Shown one piece after another: positions 54,955 through 64,000 of a stretch of 64,000 nucleotides of DNA. Made by a program: the position numbers and the translations under genes. The DNA is from a virus. Every line of letters begins with the position of its first letter. The stretch's first letter is position 1. The stretch lies in the IMG/VR virus record IMGVR_UViG_3300044970_002549, positions 27,158 to 91,157 of that record; one strand, written 5' to 3'. The notes under the pieces were generated by a model that worked only from the letters and a program-made list of their open reading frames with translations, was not told the origin of the DNA and did no database searches.

Positions 54955-55854
54955 TTATTCCTCCAGACTGCAGGTTAAATGACGAGTCTTTGTGTTTCTT
55001 TCGCATTTTATGATTGTCAGGACAAGGCTTCGGTAAAGATCCACTTCTAGCTCTTCCTCGCGATAATCCATGTGCTTCCATGTCGTTATCATATCCGAGA
55101 ATACCACATTTGCCCCAGACTCTATAGCCAGCCTCCTGAGAAGGCTAGATGGGGTTGGGGAATGAAAAAGGTTTCCGGCAAGCATATCCTGAAGGTACTG
55201 CGACTCAGTTTTTGCAAAACCCCAGTCTATGATTGCTAGGTAGGTTGTTCCCACCCTTGATAGTATGTTCCTAATGTAGTTTGATTTGGCGGGAGAATAG
55301 GCAAAAACTCCGCTTGCTGGGTCAACATCGCCGCAGGAGTTATCGTCAAGTTGACAGTTCGGAATATTCTCATAATACGGCACTCCGTTATGCCCAACTG
55401 CTAGCTCTTGCACCGCCCCCGAGGGGTAGAGCCTTCTCATCACCGTAAACGGGAGCGCGTCAAGGAACTGATTTGCAATGACCACTGCCGTCCCGCCGTC
55501 CCTTTCGGGAATTAACCCATCATCAATTATTGAGTCACAATGCCCCTTGCGCCGAAGAATCGCCTGAAGCTTTGGGCTAAATTCCGAGCAGACCACCCTT
55601 GGGCTTGATTCCCAGCTCATCAAGCTTAGCACTCCAGAGGATAGCGCCCCAGCCCCGTCCCCGTCAAAACGAAGAGTATCTATTTCCCCGATAGAGGATA
55701 TCCACCGCCCCAGTGCGCGCTGAAATACTGGACCGTTTGAGTTGGAGTAAAGCCCTTCAACGACCCAGTTTATATCTCCCTTATATTGACCAGATTCCCC
55801 AGTTAATCCATTCTGGGCAATAAACCTATATCTATGGGGTAGGTTTGGTGTCAT
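54955..55854 (-). CDS. MidA/NDUFAF7-like SAM-dependent methyltransferase
   Basis: GDGAGAL; E.SP.L; VIANQFLDALP; IIDWG. Confidence 0.65.
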   Translation of the reverse strand: MTPNLPHRYRFIAQNGLTGESGQYKGDINWVVEGLYSNSNGPVFQRALGRWISSIGEIDTLRFDGDGAGALSSGVLSLMSWESSPRVVCSEFSPKLQAILRRKGHCDSIIDDGLIPERDGGTAVVIANQFLDALPFTVMRRLYPSGAVQELAVGHNGVPYYENIPNCQLDDNSCGDVDPASGVFAYSPAKSNYIRNILSRVGTTYLAIIDWGFAKTESQYLQDMLAGNLFHSPTPSSLLRRLAIESGANVVFSDMITTWKHMDYREEELEVDLYRSLVLTIIKCERNTKTRHLTCSLEE

Positions 55855-56056
55855 TGCTTTGACCCCACTTTCCAATTGGACATTCGGAATGCGGAAGTTG
55901 AGCCTTTAGCTTCATAAAGCATAGGCACTTCTTGCACTGACCAGAAAGACGGATAAAGTGATCGCAAGACCTGCAAGCGCTGAGGCGCTCTTCAAGCACC
56001 CCGTCTTTCACTCTTCCAATGTTTGGGTTAAGCATGTCCCACGGCTTTGAACTCAT
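55832..56056 (-). CDS. small Cys-rich protein (DUF6171-like)
   Basis: RLSACRSC...CKKCLCFM.LK...CPIGKW. Confidence 0.7.
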   Translation of the reverse strand: MSSKPWDMLNPNIGRVKDGVLEERLSACRSCDHFIRLSGQCKKCLCFMKLKAQLPHSECPIGKWGQSNDTKPTP

Positions 56057-56910
56057 TTTGAACCGCCAACTTCTTTCACTGACTCTCCGTGCATAACCGG
56101 GCACCTTCCCTCCGCGGGGATGCCGCTGGCTGGCTGGTGTTCAGTAATATCGTTATATGTCTTTTTCTTCCAGAATAGTTTTCGGTATGCACCGCCAAAC
56201 ACATTTCTAGTCAGTTGCACATATTTGGCTCGGTGGGATGGCTCAAACGGAAGCCTCTTGGCGCTCCACTCTTCCCTCTTTATTGGGATTATTTGGAATA
56301 TTGGCGTTCCCTTTTCAATGACCCCAGTAAATTTCTTGTCTAAATAAAATGTTATTTCTGATCGGAGTGGAAAATCATCAGAGTCTACAATTGCAGACAT
56401 TGTTCTAAATGGAAGATCATTTCGGTTTAGTGGATGAGTTATAAGAACCGACCACCCTTTAGGAACGCCAAACTCAAACGGCTGAATCCAGAGATATGGG
56501 TTTGGCTCGTACCCTTCTGGGGCCGGGAATCCAGACATAGAATTGGGGTTCCTCGGGCTCCTTACTGGCTCCCAGAGAAATTGCTGGGGCCATGCGATCC
56601 TCGTTTCCCCACGCTCATTCTTTGTTATCTGAAGGTCTGTTGAAAGCTCCTGGATGAATCCAGCGGTAAACGCATCAATAAGGGGCACGCACGCCTTAAC
56701 GGTGTGGTTGTACTCACTATTTTGCTGGTTAAATTTTTGCATTCCAGGAACGTATTGGGGAATGTTTTTATACCATTGGGGGATGTAGTCTTTTGCTGGC
56801 ATTGGATGAACAAAGCCGGTGCCCTCAAGCTGCAGCTCTTCTGGCCTCCATGTAACCGTCTTTCCTGTAGACCGATTAAAGAAAGACAAGATTGAATTTT
56901 TTATATTCAT
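56053..56910 (-). CDS. DUF6065-like protein, paralogue 2
   Basis: TVKACVPLID..GF; PKGWS..HPLN; KGTPIFQIIPIKRE. Confidence 0.65.
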   Translation of the reverse strand: MNIKNSILSFFNRSTGKTVTWRPEELQLEGTGFVHPMPAKDYIPQWYKNIPQYVPGMQKFNQQNSEYNHTVKACVPLIDAFTAGFIQELSTDLQITKNERGETRIAWPQQFLWEPVRSPRNPNSMSGFPAPEGYEPNPYLWIQPFEFGVPKGWSVLITHPLNRNDLPFRTMSAIVDSDDFPLRSEITFYLDKKFTGVIEKGTPIFQIIPIKREEWSAKRLPFEPSHRAKYVQLTRNVFGGAYRKLFWKKKTYNDITEHQPASGIPAEGRCPVMHGESVKEVGGSK

Positions 56911-57677
56911 TACTTAAATTCCTTTTTTTGCCAGAAAAACCTTTTATATACCGAAGAAATATATGTGCTGAACACTCTTTGCTGATGATTGATTTTATCT
57001 AGATCCTCTGGGGTAGCCTCTGTTTCCAGTTGCCATGACTCTCTTTTAAACGGGAAAACCTGGACGACTGGTGTTCCGGCTGGGATAATTCCCTCCCAGT
57101 CCTCTTTCTCAACAACAAATGGAAAATTAACAACATTTGTATAGGTATCAGTATCTACAACCCCTGGCAGGGCGGTAAAGAAACCATTCGGATTATTCAT
57201 TGGTGGAATAAATAGTGTTGAATAACCAGGGGGCGTTACGATATGCCATGGGCTGATATATTTAAAAACGTCGCGGTTCTGGTATTTCTTTGCTATTGGA
57301 TGTTCTTTTGCCTGACCGAACGAGTGCCCCTCCAGTTGCTTTCCCCCACTGATTCCTGGTCTCCAGGCTGTCCTGAATTGCGTTCCGGTATTTTCATTAG
57401 CCTCATTTTTAATAGAATTTATTTCTACATAGATGTCCTGATCGGTAACCAAGACATATCCAAGGCTCATGCTATCCAGTATCGGTACACACCTTTTTAT
57501 GGTGGAGTTGTAATCGCCATCATTGCTCACTGACTTCTCGTCTGGCTTGGCTCCACCATACCCGCCATATGCAGGCATGTCTTTCCACCACTGAGGAATG
57601 TTTTTTCCAATCGGGGTCGGCCAGAACTCCTTGAGCACTGGTCTTTCAGCAATGAACTTAATGGTTTTATCGCTCAT
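56910..57677 (-). CDS. DUF6065-like protein, paralogue 3
   Basis: TIKRCVPILD..GY; TPPGYS..PMN; AGTPVVQVFPFKRE. Confidence 0.65.
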   Translation of the reverse strand: MSDKTIKFIAERPVLKEFWPTPIGKNIPQWWKDMPAYGGYGGAKPDEKSVSNDGDYNSTIKRCVPILDSMSLGYVLVTDQDIYVEINSIKNEANENTGTQFRTAWRPGISGGKQLEGHSFGQAKEHPIAKKYQNRDVFKYISPWHIVTPPGYSTLFIPPMNNPNGFFTALPGVVDTDTYTNVVNFPFVVEKEDWEGIIPAGTPVVQVFPFKRESWQLETEATPEDLDKINHQQRVFSTYISSVYKRFFWQKKEFK

Positions 57678-58250
57678 TTAGCGATCTACCTTTTGGTTGA
57701 GGATTGCTTTTATTTTTTCAATTTCACTTCTTAGCTGCTCAATTTCATTAGAGATATTTACGGCAAGTTCAGCTACGGCTGGATTTTCTTCCTTGCCGCA
57801 GCCTTCGCATGCCTGCTTTTCTCCAGCCGCTGCTGATGCAGTGCTGGGTCGGTCGCCGCGAAGACCGGGCGACTTGCCGTATAGATCAGTCAAGCCCAGA
57901 TTTGACTCAATTTCCGTATCCATATCATTAGCCCACCCGACTACTCGATTAATCGGGCTGCCGTCCTGCGTCATGATAAGGACTGGAACACCAGTTACAC
58001 CAGCAGAACCAGCAATTGACGGACTTCGGTTTATATCAACAGCAAGGATGCTAAGGCCAACGTCCTTGTATTTTTCTTGGATTGCATCAATAAATGGGTT
58101 TGCGTCATTGCAGAATTTACAGGACTCAGAAGAGAAATAGTACAAAACAGAACCTAGGCTCCTGTTCTCGGACAGCAGCTTTGTCCATGGTGTTTCTTGA
58201 ATTTGTGAGACCTCTGGCCTGTCAATGTACTGCGGCATTTTCCCTCCCAT
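57678..58250 (-). CDS. thioredoxin-fold protein with C-terminal CxxC and coiled coil
   Basis: YFSSESCKFC...GVP; CEGC. Confidence 0.8.
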   Translation of the reverse strand: MGGKMPQYIDRPEVSQIQETPWTKLLSENRSLGSVLYYFSSESCKFCNDANPFIDAIQEKYKDVGLSILAVDINRSPSIAGSAGVTGVPVLIMTQDGSPINRVVGWANDMDTEIESNLGLTDLYGKSPGLRGDRPSTASAAAGEKQACEGCGKEENPAVAELAVNISNEIEQLRSEIEKIKAILNQKVDR

Positions 58251-58259
58251 TAGGCTTAC

Positions 58260-59759
58260 TTATCCGACTATAATACCTACGCTATCGCCGGATGAAACAT
58301 AGGTAGCATACCATAAGTCTATCTGGTTTGTCTCTCCTGGGTTTTGGCTCCCAAGCGGGGCAACCCCCATCCCGTGACCAACCGAGAAGAGGTGGTCTGT
58401 CTGGCCGGAGGCCTGGGACCCAGACGTTGCGGCGGATGTCGTCCACGCGGCATCGGTATATACCGTAGCGGTGTATGATCCACCAGCCGTCACCACCTTG
58501 ATGGAGCCCCAGGTTTCAGTTGAAGATGTGCTGTCATAGAGGGCGGCTGAGGTGTAGTGATTTGTCCTAGACCCAGAGGAAATCCTGTCCACCTTCAGGT
58601 AATACCTGTACTGATAGGCTGGAGCTGTTGACAAGCATGCATCATAGCAGTCAACGCCGCTCGTTGGGACGCATGTGCTGCAAGCATTTGTATTCCCTCC
58701 AGACGCCGTGCAGGTGCAGGTAATGGTTGACTCAACTCCGGTTGTTCCACATGATGTGCAGACCGTGTTAGCAGATCCACAAGTAGTGTTTCCGCAGGAG
58801 TAGGAACCCCCGGAAACTGGGGTACAAGCGTCGGTTGCGCATGTGCCAACATATGAATTGCTAGATCCGCAGCTATATACGGTCTTTAAATTTCCGCCAC
58901 TTGCATAATTTCCGCCAGTGATAGCGTTGTAACTGATTGCGTTGTAGTTTGTTTTATATGTGCTGCACCCGCCCGGGCTAGTAATTGGGTTTCCAGCGTT
59001 TGTTCCTGCGGGAGAAAAAACTGAAGCTCCGCTTTTACTTGTTCCATTTTTAGTGTACCTCGGGTTGCCAGCGTTTTTTCCATTTGTTGTTGGTGAACTA
59101 TATGTAGAGCACGGGGTGTTAGCGACATTGCCACCTTTTTGATTCCCTCCGCTAATAGGATTATAGTTTGTAGCGTTTTCAACAACATTGGATTCACATG
59201 TTTGTGCATTATTTCCTGATGGCTGAGCGCAGTTTGCCGTGCCGCATACCCTCTGAGTTTCCGTAACCGTTCCAGATGCCCTAGAGGGAACTCCGCTTTC
59301 ACTACAGGAGCATGCTCCGTGGGTTGTGTCTGTACATCCACATGCCACATTTGACACGAAAGAATTGCTCTGACCAGTTGTATACACCGTAGGGTTTATG
59401 TTTCCGCCGCCGCACCCAGTGCACGACGTACATGAGTAGTATCCGCCAACGCAAGTTGTCCCGCTTTGGTATCTCTCACCATAAACGTAAGAAATCCAGT
59501 AGTTGCTTGAATCTGCGACCCAGAACGCTGCCCCGACGCCGTTTCCTAGCGTCGCGCCAACTCCAGTCTCAATTCCAACCTCTGCATCTGAGTTTGGGAT
59601 AACACACCATGAAACATCTGATGACTGGGTATTGTTTGCGGCATTTGTGGAAATATTCCACTGGGTGGCATTTTGCCACGCAAGATTACCAGTGTCAGTT
59701 GACCCAAGAGTTCCTTGGCTTGTATCTGCCCTGTTAAATGTATCGGATACCGTTGCCAT
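58260..59759 (-). CDS. Cys-rich putative virion appendage protein
   Basis: 27 Cys by manual count, 26 of them in a central region flanked by beta-rich, Trp/Tyr-containing segments. Confidence 0.7.
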   Translation of the reverse strand: MATVSDTFNRADTSQGTLGSTDTGNLAWQNATQWNISTNAANNTQSSDVSWCVIPNSDAEVGIETGVGATLGNGVGAAFWVADSSNYWISYVYGERYQSGTTCVGGYYSCTSCTGCGGGNINPTVYTTGQSNSFVSNVACGCTDTTHGACSCSESGVPSRASGTVTETQRVCGTANCAQPSGNNAQTCESNVVENATNYNPISGGNQKGGNVANTPCSTYSSPTTNGKNAGNPRYTKNGTSKSGASVFSPAGTNAGNPITSPGGCSTYKTNYNAISYNAITGGNYASGGNLKTVYSCGSSNSYVGTCATDACTPVSGGSYSCGNTTCGSANTVCTSCGTTGVESTITCTCTASGGNTNACSTCVPTSGVDCYDACLSTAPAYQYRYYLKVDRISSGSRTNHYTSAALYDSTSSTETWGSIKVVTAGGSYTATVYTDAAWTTSAATSGSQASGQTDHLFSVGHGMGVAPLGSQNPGETNQIDLWYATYVSSGDSVGIIVG

Positions 59760-61156
59760 TAGAAGGTGGCCTCCACGGTGACTGAAAGATCTGCACCTGA
59801 AGTACCGGCATCTACAATCTCAACCTGCAATACGTCGCCAATCGCAAGCGACGTTACGGTGCTTAGGGAGGTGGTCACAACGGCCCCGCCAACCGAAGCG
59901 CTTGTATTGCCGTTGGTGGAACCGTTCTTCACGAGGCGATAGGTCACGCCAGAGCCGCCGCCAGCATAGGCTCGAGCGTTGACAAGCGTGCAGGCGATGG
60001 GGGAGATAAACCTTGGCTGCTTTACTCCAGCTGCCAAGGTTCCAGCGATGTGGAATGAAATTGGCATGTAAAGCGTTTCAAGCTTTGTGTAATGAGCAGA
60101 GCTCATGGAGCCAGCGTTTGAGCCGCTTGCTGCGTCAATGGATAGTGTATTGCCAGACTTCTGGAGCGGGGCGGTGGCTGTGATTTGAGAGGCGCCAGTG
60201 AACTGAGTGTAGGTAATGTTGTCGGTGCCGATTTTAATAGCGCCAACTGGGTTGGTAGATGTTCCCGTGGACGTCATGACAAAGCCCATGTTGGCATTCA
60301 CTGTCCCGTTCAGGACAAAAACAAAGTCACCTTGGTTGAGCTCTCCGGCTGGGCTGTTGTCCGCGTCGTTAGCCCGAGTGAGAACCCACGGCGTACCCGC
60401 ATCGCCAACAGTCGTGACCTTGTATACGCCATTTTGTGTATGTGTTGACTGGTTCTTTACAAGAATTCGGTCATTTTGAATTGCAGAATAGGAATCAAGC
60501 ACAAGGGCGCCATTAGAAGATGACGTAAGGGTTGCCCCGATCCCGAGACCGCCAGAGGCGTCTGCAGTGCCTGCCGTGTAAGTAGAGGCAAGGTTTGCGG
60601 TCGTTGCCGCATCAACCGCCTCATGCGCATGGATACCAGCCGAGATGTTGTCGGCGTATTGCTTGGTTACCGCCTGCATTGCGCTCGTTGGGTCGGCCCC
60701 AAGGGTAATCTGGTTGATGGCAGTGTTTGCGCTTCCGTCCCTAAGGACAATTGTGCTGTTGTTAGCTGACGCAGTTGCGGTGGTCTGAGCGTTGAGTACG
60801 GTCAGCGTATTGCTGTTGCCGTCAATTGTCTTATTGGTCAGTGTCTGGGTGTCGCTTGTCCCGACAATGGCCCCAGACACGCCGTGGGTTGCAGTCAGAC
60901 CAGCATGGGTGCTGACCTTGGTTGTCGCATCTGAAGCCGCAGATGAGATGGCGTCTGACTCTGCGGTATCGGCTTTTGCCTGAGCCCCGTCTGGGGTTTC
61001 GGTTGAGAAGGGTAGGGACGTCCACGCAGTACTGCCAGTTCCAATCTTGAACTGCTTGTTAGTGGTGTCGTAGCCAATCTCGCCAGCCGCAAGGGTTGGG
61101 TTGACCGAGGCCCAGTTGGCCGCAGTGTCCCTTCTTGGCTTAATGATGTTTGGCAT
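59759..61156 (-). CDS. tail fibre-like protein
   Basis: RRDTAANWASVNPTLAAGEIGYDT N-terminus; DRILVKNQ...NGVY...LTRA domain. Confidence 0.8.
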   Translation of the reverse strand: MPNIIKPRRDTAANWASVNPTLAAGEIGYDTTNKQFKIGTGSTAWTSLPFSTETPDGAQAKADTAESDAISSAASDATTKVSTHAGLTATHGVSGAIVGTSDTQTLTNKTIDGNSNTLTVLNAQTTATASANNSTIVLRDGSANTAINQITLGADPTSAMQAVTKQYADNISAGIHAHEAVDAATTANLASTYTAGTADASGGLGIGATLTSSSNGALVLDSYSAIQNDRILVKNQSTHTQNGVYKVTTVGDAGTPWVLTRANDADNSPAGELNQGDFVFVLNGTVNANMGFVMTSTGTSTNPVGAIKIGTDNITYTQFTGASQITATAPLQKSGNTLSIDAASGSNAGSMSSAHYTKLETLYMPISFHIAGTLAAGVKQPRFISPIACTLVNARAYAGGGSGVTYRLVKNGSTNGNTSASVGGAVVTTSLSTVTSLAIGDVLQVEIVDAGTSGADLSVTVEATF

Positions 61157-62979
61157 TACGCGCCCCCGCCGTCAATTGTCTCGTTGGCTATGCTCAAAGT
61201 ATACCAGGAGACATTTGTTCCGTCTGTTGTCAAAAGTTTTCCGCTGTTGCTTGCCTGAGAGGGCAGCAGGGCATTGACTGCCTCGGTTGCGGTGGTCTGA
61301 CCCGTGCCGCCGTAAGCAATGCCCACCGCTGATCCCTGCCATGTGCCAGTCCCAATCGTTCCAACGCTTGTTAGAGAAGAGGAAATCACGTTTGACCCGA
61401 GGGTGGTTGAGGACAAAACCGATGTTCCGTTTATCTTGAATGAAGAGCCGGTTGGAATGTTTACCGCCGTATCGCTTACAGTCAAGCCAACGGCAAGAGA
61501 GGCTCCCGCGTTTGGGACAACAAGGATTTGTATGTTTCCACCATTTACTAGATCGGTAAAATTCTCTGTAGCAACGGCACGAATTGCACCAGTAGTAGAT
61601 GTGGCAAAGCCCGTAGCGCCGTACCCATGGAACGCAATCTCTCCGATAATGTCGCCGCTCTGGGTTGCGGTTGGGGATGCCGCAGTCCCCCTTGTCGCCC
61701 TAGCAACGAAGTGCGGATAGAATCCAGTCCCGTGAGCGTCAAGGACAATGTTTGTGTCTGCCCCATCAACTGAAACCCCTTGAATGACTGTAGTTGAGTT
61801 GTATGTTCCAAGCGCGGCAGGCGATCCTGCGTTGTTATCAACAACAATTTTCCCCGTAACAACTGGATTAGCCGAGGTTGCGTAGGGTGAAGTAATCCAC
61901 TGTAAACCAGCTCCTTCTGCGGAGTTTGCAATAAGAATTTGATTGTCGCTACCAACAGAAAGCCCAGTTGGAGTTGCGGATGCGCTGGCGGTAAGAATGG
62001 AGCCCTTGCCAACAAGAACGCTTTTTGCAACTGCGGCGTCGGCGGTGGTGTTGGCAGAAAACGCTAGGTCGTATGCCTGCTTTACTGCTGATGCCGTGGC
62101 TGCCTTTGTTGTTGATGTGCTGCTGATCGTGGAGTCAAGATCAACTGCAACAGCATCGTTCACATCAATCTTAAGCCCGTCGCCATAATCTACATTTATT
62201 GTGTTTACTGATTTAGATAAGCCGCTCCCAGTTGTAATTCCAGAAAGACCAGTGAACTGACTCCATACAACATTATCAGTCCCGATTATATGGGCAGACC
62301 AGTAGGTTGTGGATGTTCCAAACGATGAAAGTATAAAGCCCTGCGACTTATTGATACTTCCAGCTTCTGGATAAACATAAACGGCATCGCCACTGGCAAG
62401 CTGACCTGGGACACTGTTATTTGCATCTGGAGCCCGAGTCAAGAGCCATGTGGTCGCACCTGACCCTTGGCTTGTTACAATATAAATACCGTTTTGTTTA
62501 GCATCAGATTGGTTTTTGACAAGCATCCTATCGCCAGTTGTCGCAAGGGTTCCGTCAACTTCAAGCCTTCCGTTGGTGGTTCCAGATAGTGTTGCGCCAA
62601 TCCCGTATCCATCTGATGCATCGGCTGTTCCGGCAGTATAGGTTGGGCTATTTGGAAGCACTGCAGCCGTTGCGGAGTGCACGCCAGCGTGCCAGTTTAG
62701 CCCAGCGGCTATTTCGTCAACATATGCCCTCGTGGCAATGGTGGTGGTGTCAACGTCAAGAGTTGCAGATCCAGAAGATGCCCCACCAGTTAGGCCGGAC
62801 CCGGCTACAACTGCAGTGATGTCACCAGAGCCGCCGCCACCCCCAACCTCAACCCAATCCGAGCCCGTATACACGTAGATCTTGTCGTCTGACGTGTTGT
62901 AGTACATGTCCCCCTGGGTAGGGGAGCCTGGGGCGGCCGCGTACTGCGGCAGATTGATCTTGCTTAGAATCTTAGGCAC
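61156..62979 (-). CDS. tail fibre-like protein
   Basis: DRMLVKNQ...NGIY...LTRA domain; AATASAVKQAYD repeat; GGTG motif. Confidence 0.8.
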   Translation of the reverse strand: MPKILSKINLPQYAAAPGSPTQGDMYYNTSDDKIYVYTGSDWVEVGGGGGSGDITAVVAGSGLTGGASSGSATLDVDTTTIATRAYVDEIAAGLNWHAGVHSATAAVLPNSPTYTAGTADASDGYGIGATLSGTTNGRLEVDGTLATTGDRMLVKNQSDAKQNGIYIVTSQGSGATTWLLTRAPDANNSVPGQLASGDAVYVYPEAGSINKSQGFILSSFGTSTTYWSAHIIGTDNVVWSQFTGLSGITTGSGLSKSVNTINVDYGDGLKIDVNDAVAVDLDSTISSTSTTKAATASAVKQAYDLAFSANTTADAAVAKSVLVGKGSILTASASATPTGLSVGSDNQILIANSAEGAGLQWITSPYATSANPVVTGKIVVDNNAGSPAALGTYNSTTVIQGVSVDGADTNIVLDAHGTGFYPHFVARATRGTAASPTATQSGDIIGEIAFHGYGATGFATSTTGAIRAVATENFTDLVNGGNIQILVVPNAGASLAVGLTVSDTAVNIPTGSSFKINGTSVLSSTTLGSNVISSSLTSVGTIGTGTWQGSAVGIAYGGTGQTTATEAVNALLPSQASNSGKLLTTDGTNVSWYTLSIANETIDGGGA

Positions 62980-62999
62980 GGGTCACCTCCAGGGGGAGT

Positions 63000-64000
63000 T
63001 TACCCGATTATAACAACCCTGTATTGGTTGGTTGTAGGCGCCGCAGAGAACACAAAGTCAGTCGTGTCCACGGTCGCATGAACGATGTCAGGATAAACCT
63101 TCTGGTACGGGCTGGCAACCTCATAGACTTCAACGGCCACATCTAACGTATTAAAGTTGTGAGTAACCGTAATGGTTGTCGCGGAGTTATCCCCGATAGT
63201 TGCCGCGTGCTTTCGCGTGCCGCCAAGGGCCGCAAGTGCTGCTGCTGCCGTCGTCTGGCCAGTACCACCGTTTGCGAGTGCAAGGGTACCGGTGACAGCG
63301 GATGCAGAGCTGACGTCAACTGCGCCGAACGCAGGTGCGCCACCGCCGCTTGGGATACGCAGAACCTGATTCGCAGTTCCCGCAGTCGTCGCGGCAAGTG
63401 CGCTGGTTCCTGCGCCAATGATGACGCCGTTGCTTGTGAGTGTCGTGGCGCCAGTACCGCCGTTGGCGACTGGGAGCGTGCCGCTTACTTCAGTTGTAAG
63501 CGAGACGGTGCTTCCCGTTGTCAGCGCATCGGTTCCGCCAGTTGACTTAACGATACCAGCGGTAAACGTTGCTGCACCAGTACCGCCACGCGCAACACCG
63601 AGGGTGCCGCTTGTGAGCTTATCGGTGCTGTGGCTTGGGATGTCCGAAGCGACAAGCGCTCGGAACGAAGGAGCGGAAGGACCGCCAGTTGCTGGACCCG
63701 CGAATACTGTGTTGTCAGACGCAGTTGTTGCTCCAGTACCACCCTTAGCGACTGGAAGTGTTCCAGTTACTGTTGAGGTTGAGACATCAACAGCGCTGGT
63801 TGCAAGCTTTGCTGCAGTAATCCCGGCGTCCTTGACGCGAAGGGTGTCAGAGGCAATCTCAATGGTTGAGTCATCAACGTTGACCGCAAGGTCAGTTCCA
63901 GTGAGGGTAAGTCCAGCGCCGCCAGTAACTGCGCCAGACCCAGAGAACTGCGTAAATACAAGCGCGGTTGTTCCAAGTGTAATTGTTCCATCGGTGGTAA
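63000..64000 (-). CDS. tail fibre-like protein (5'-partial, not in the ORF track)
   Basis: Frame reads TTDGTITLGTTALVFTQFSG at the window end, carries LPVA.GGTG repeats and ends NQYRVVIIG* at 63000. Confidence 0.8.
   Translation of the reverse strand, partial: TTDGTITLGTTALVFTQFSGSGAVTGGAGLTLTGTDLAVNVDDSTIEIASDTLRVKDAGITAAKLATSAVDVSTSTVTGTLPVAKGGTGATTASDNTVFAGPATGGPSAPSFRALVASDIPSHSTDKLTSGTLGVARGGTGAATFTAGIVKSTGGTDALTTGSTVSLTTEVSGTLPVANGGTGATTLTSNGVIIGAGTSALAATTAGTANQVLRIPSGGGAPAFGAVDVSSASAVTGTLALANGGTGQTTAAAALAALGGTRKHAATIGDNSATTITVTHNFNTLDVAVEVYEVASPYQKVYPDIVHATVDTTDFVFSAAPTTNQYRVVIIG

Overview
This window is part of a tailed dsDNA phage genome with siphovirus-type morphogenesis genes. No terminase, integrase, DNA polymerase, primase, tRNA or CRISPR array is recognisable in it. 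(1) 1-7.9 kb (+): an array of ten short early-gene cassettes. Each has a sigma70-type promoter, a stem-loop starting at the predicted +1, a GCACAG box and an AGGAG(G) Shine-Dalgarno (SD) sequence; nine end in an intrinsic terminator. From cassette 2 onward the spacers carry strand-polarised TCA/TTA/CTA triplet clusters followed by C4 tracts. (2) 8.1-17.7 kb (-): HNH, thioredoxin, SSB, RusA, DnaC-like ATPase, RecB-like nuclease, Rad52/Sak-like annealing protein, HTH, a second HNH, a C5-cytosine methyltransferase whose motif IX lies in a nested +1-frame gene, and a portal fused to a HAD phosphatase. (3) 17.8-47.9 kb (+): protease/scaffold, major capsid, neck genes, an inverted metallophosphoesterase, two paralogous tail tubes, frameshifting chaperones, a 3549-aa tape measure protein carrying ParB-like and two HExxH domains, hub, fibre with chaperone, C39-like lysin and holin. 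(4) 47.9-64 kb (-): a Pro/Thr-rich exported protein, four glycosyltransferases including a Gnt1-like one, a prolyl-hydroxylase-like 2OG-Fe(II) oxygenase, a MidA-like methyltransferase, three paralogous DUF6065-like genes, thioredoxin, a Cys-rich protein and three related fibre genes. All family calls come from recognising motifs by eye; no database search was run.
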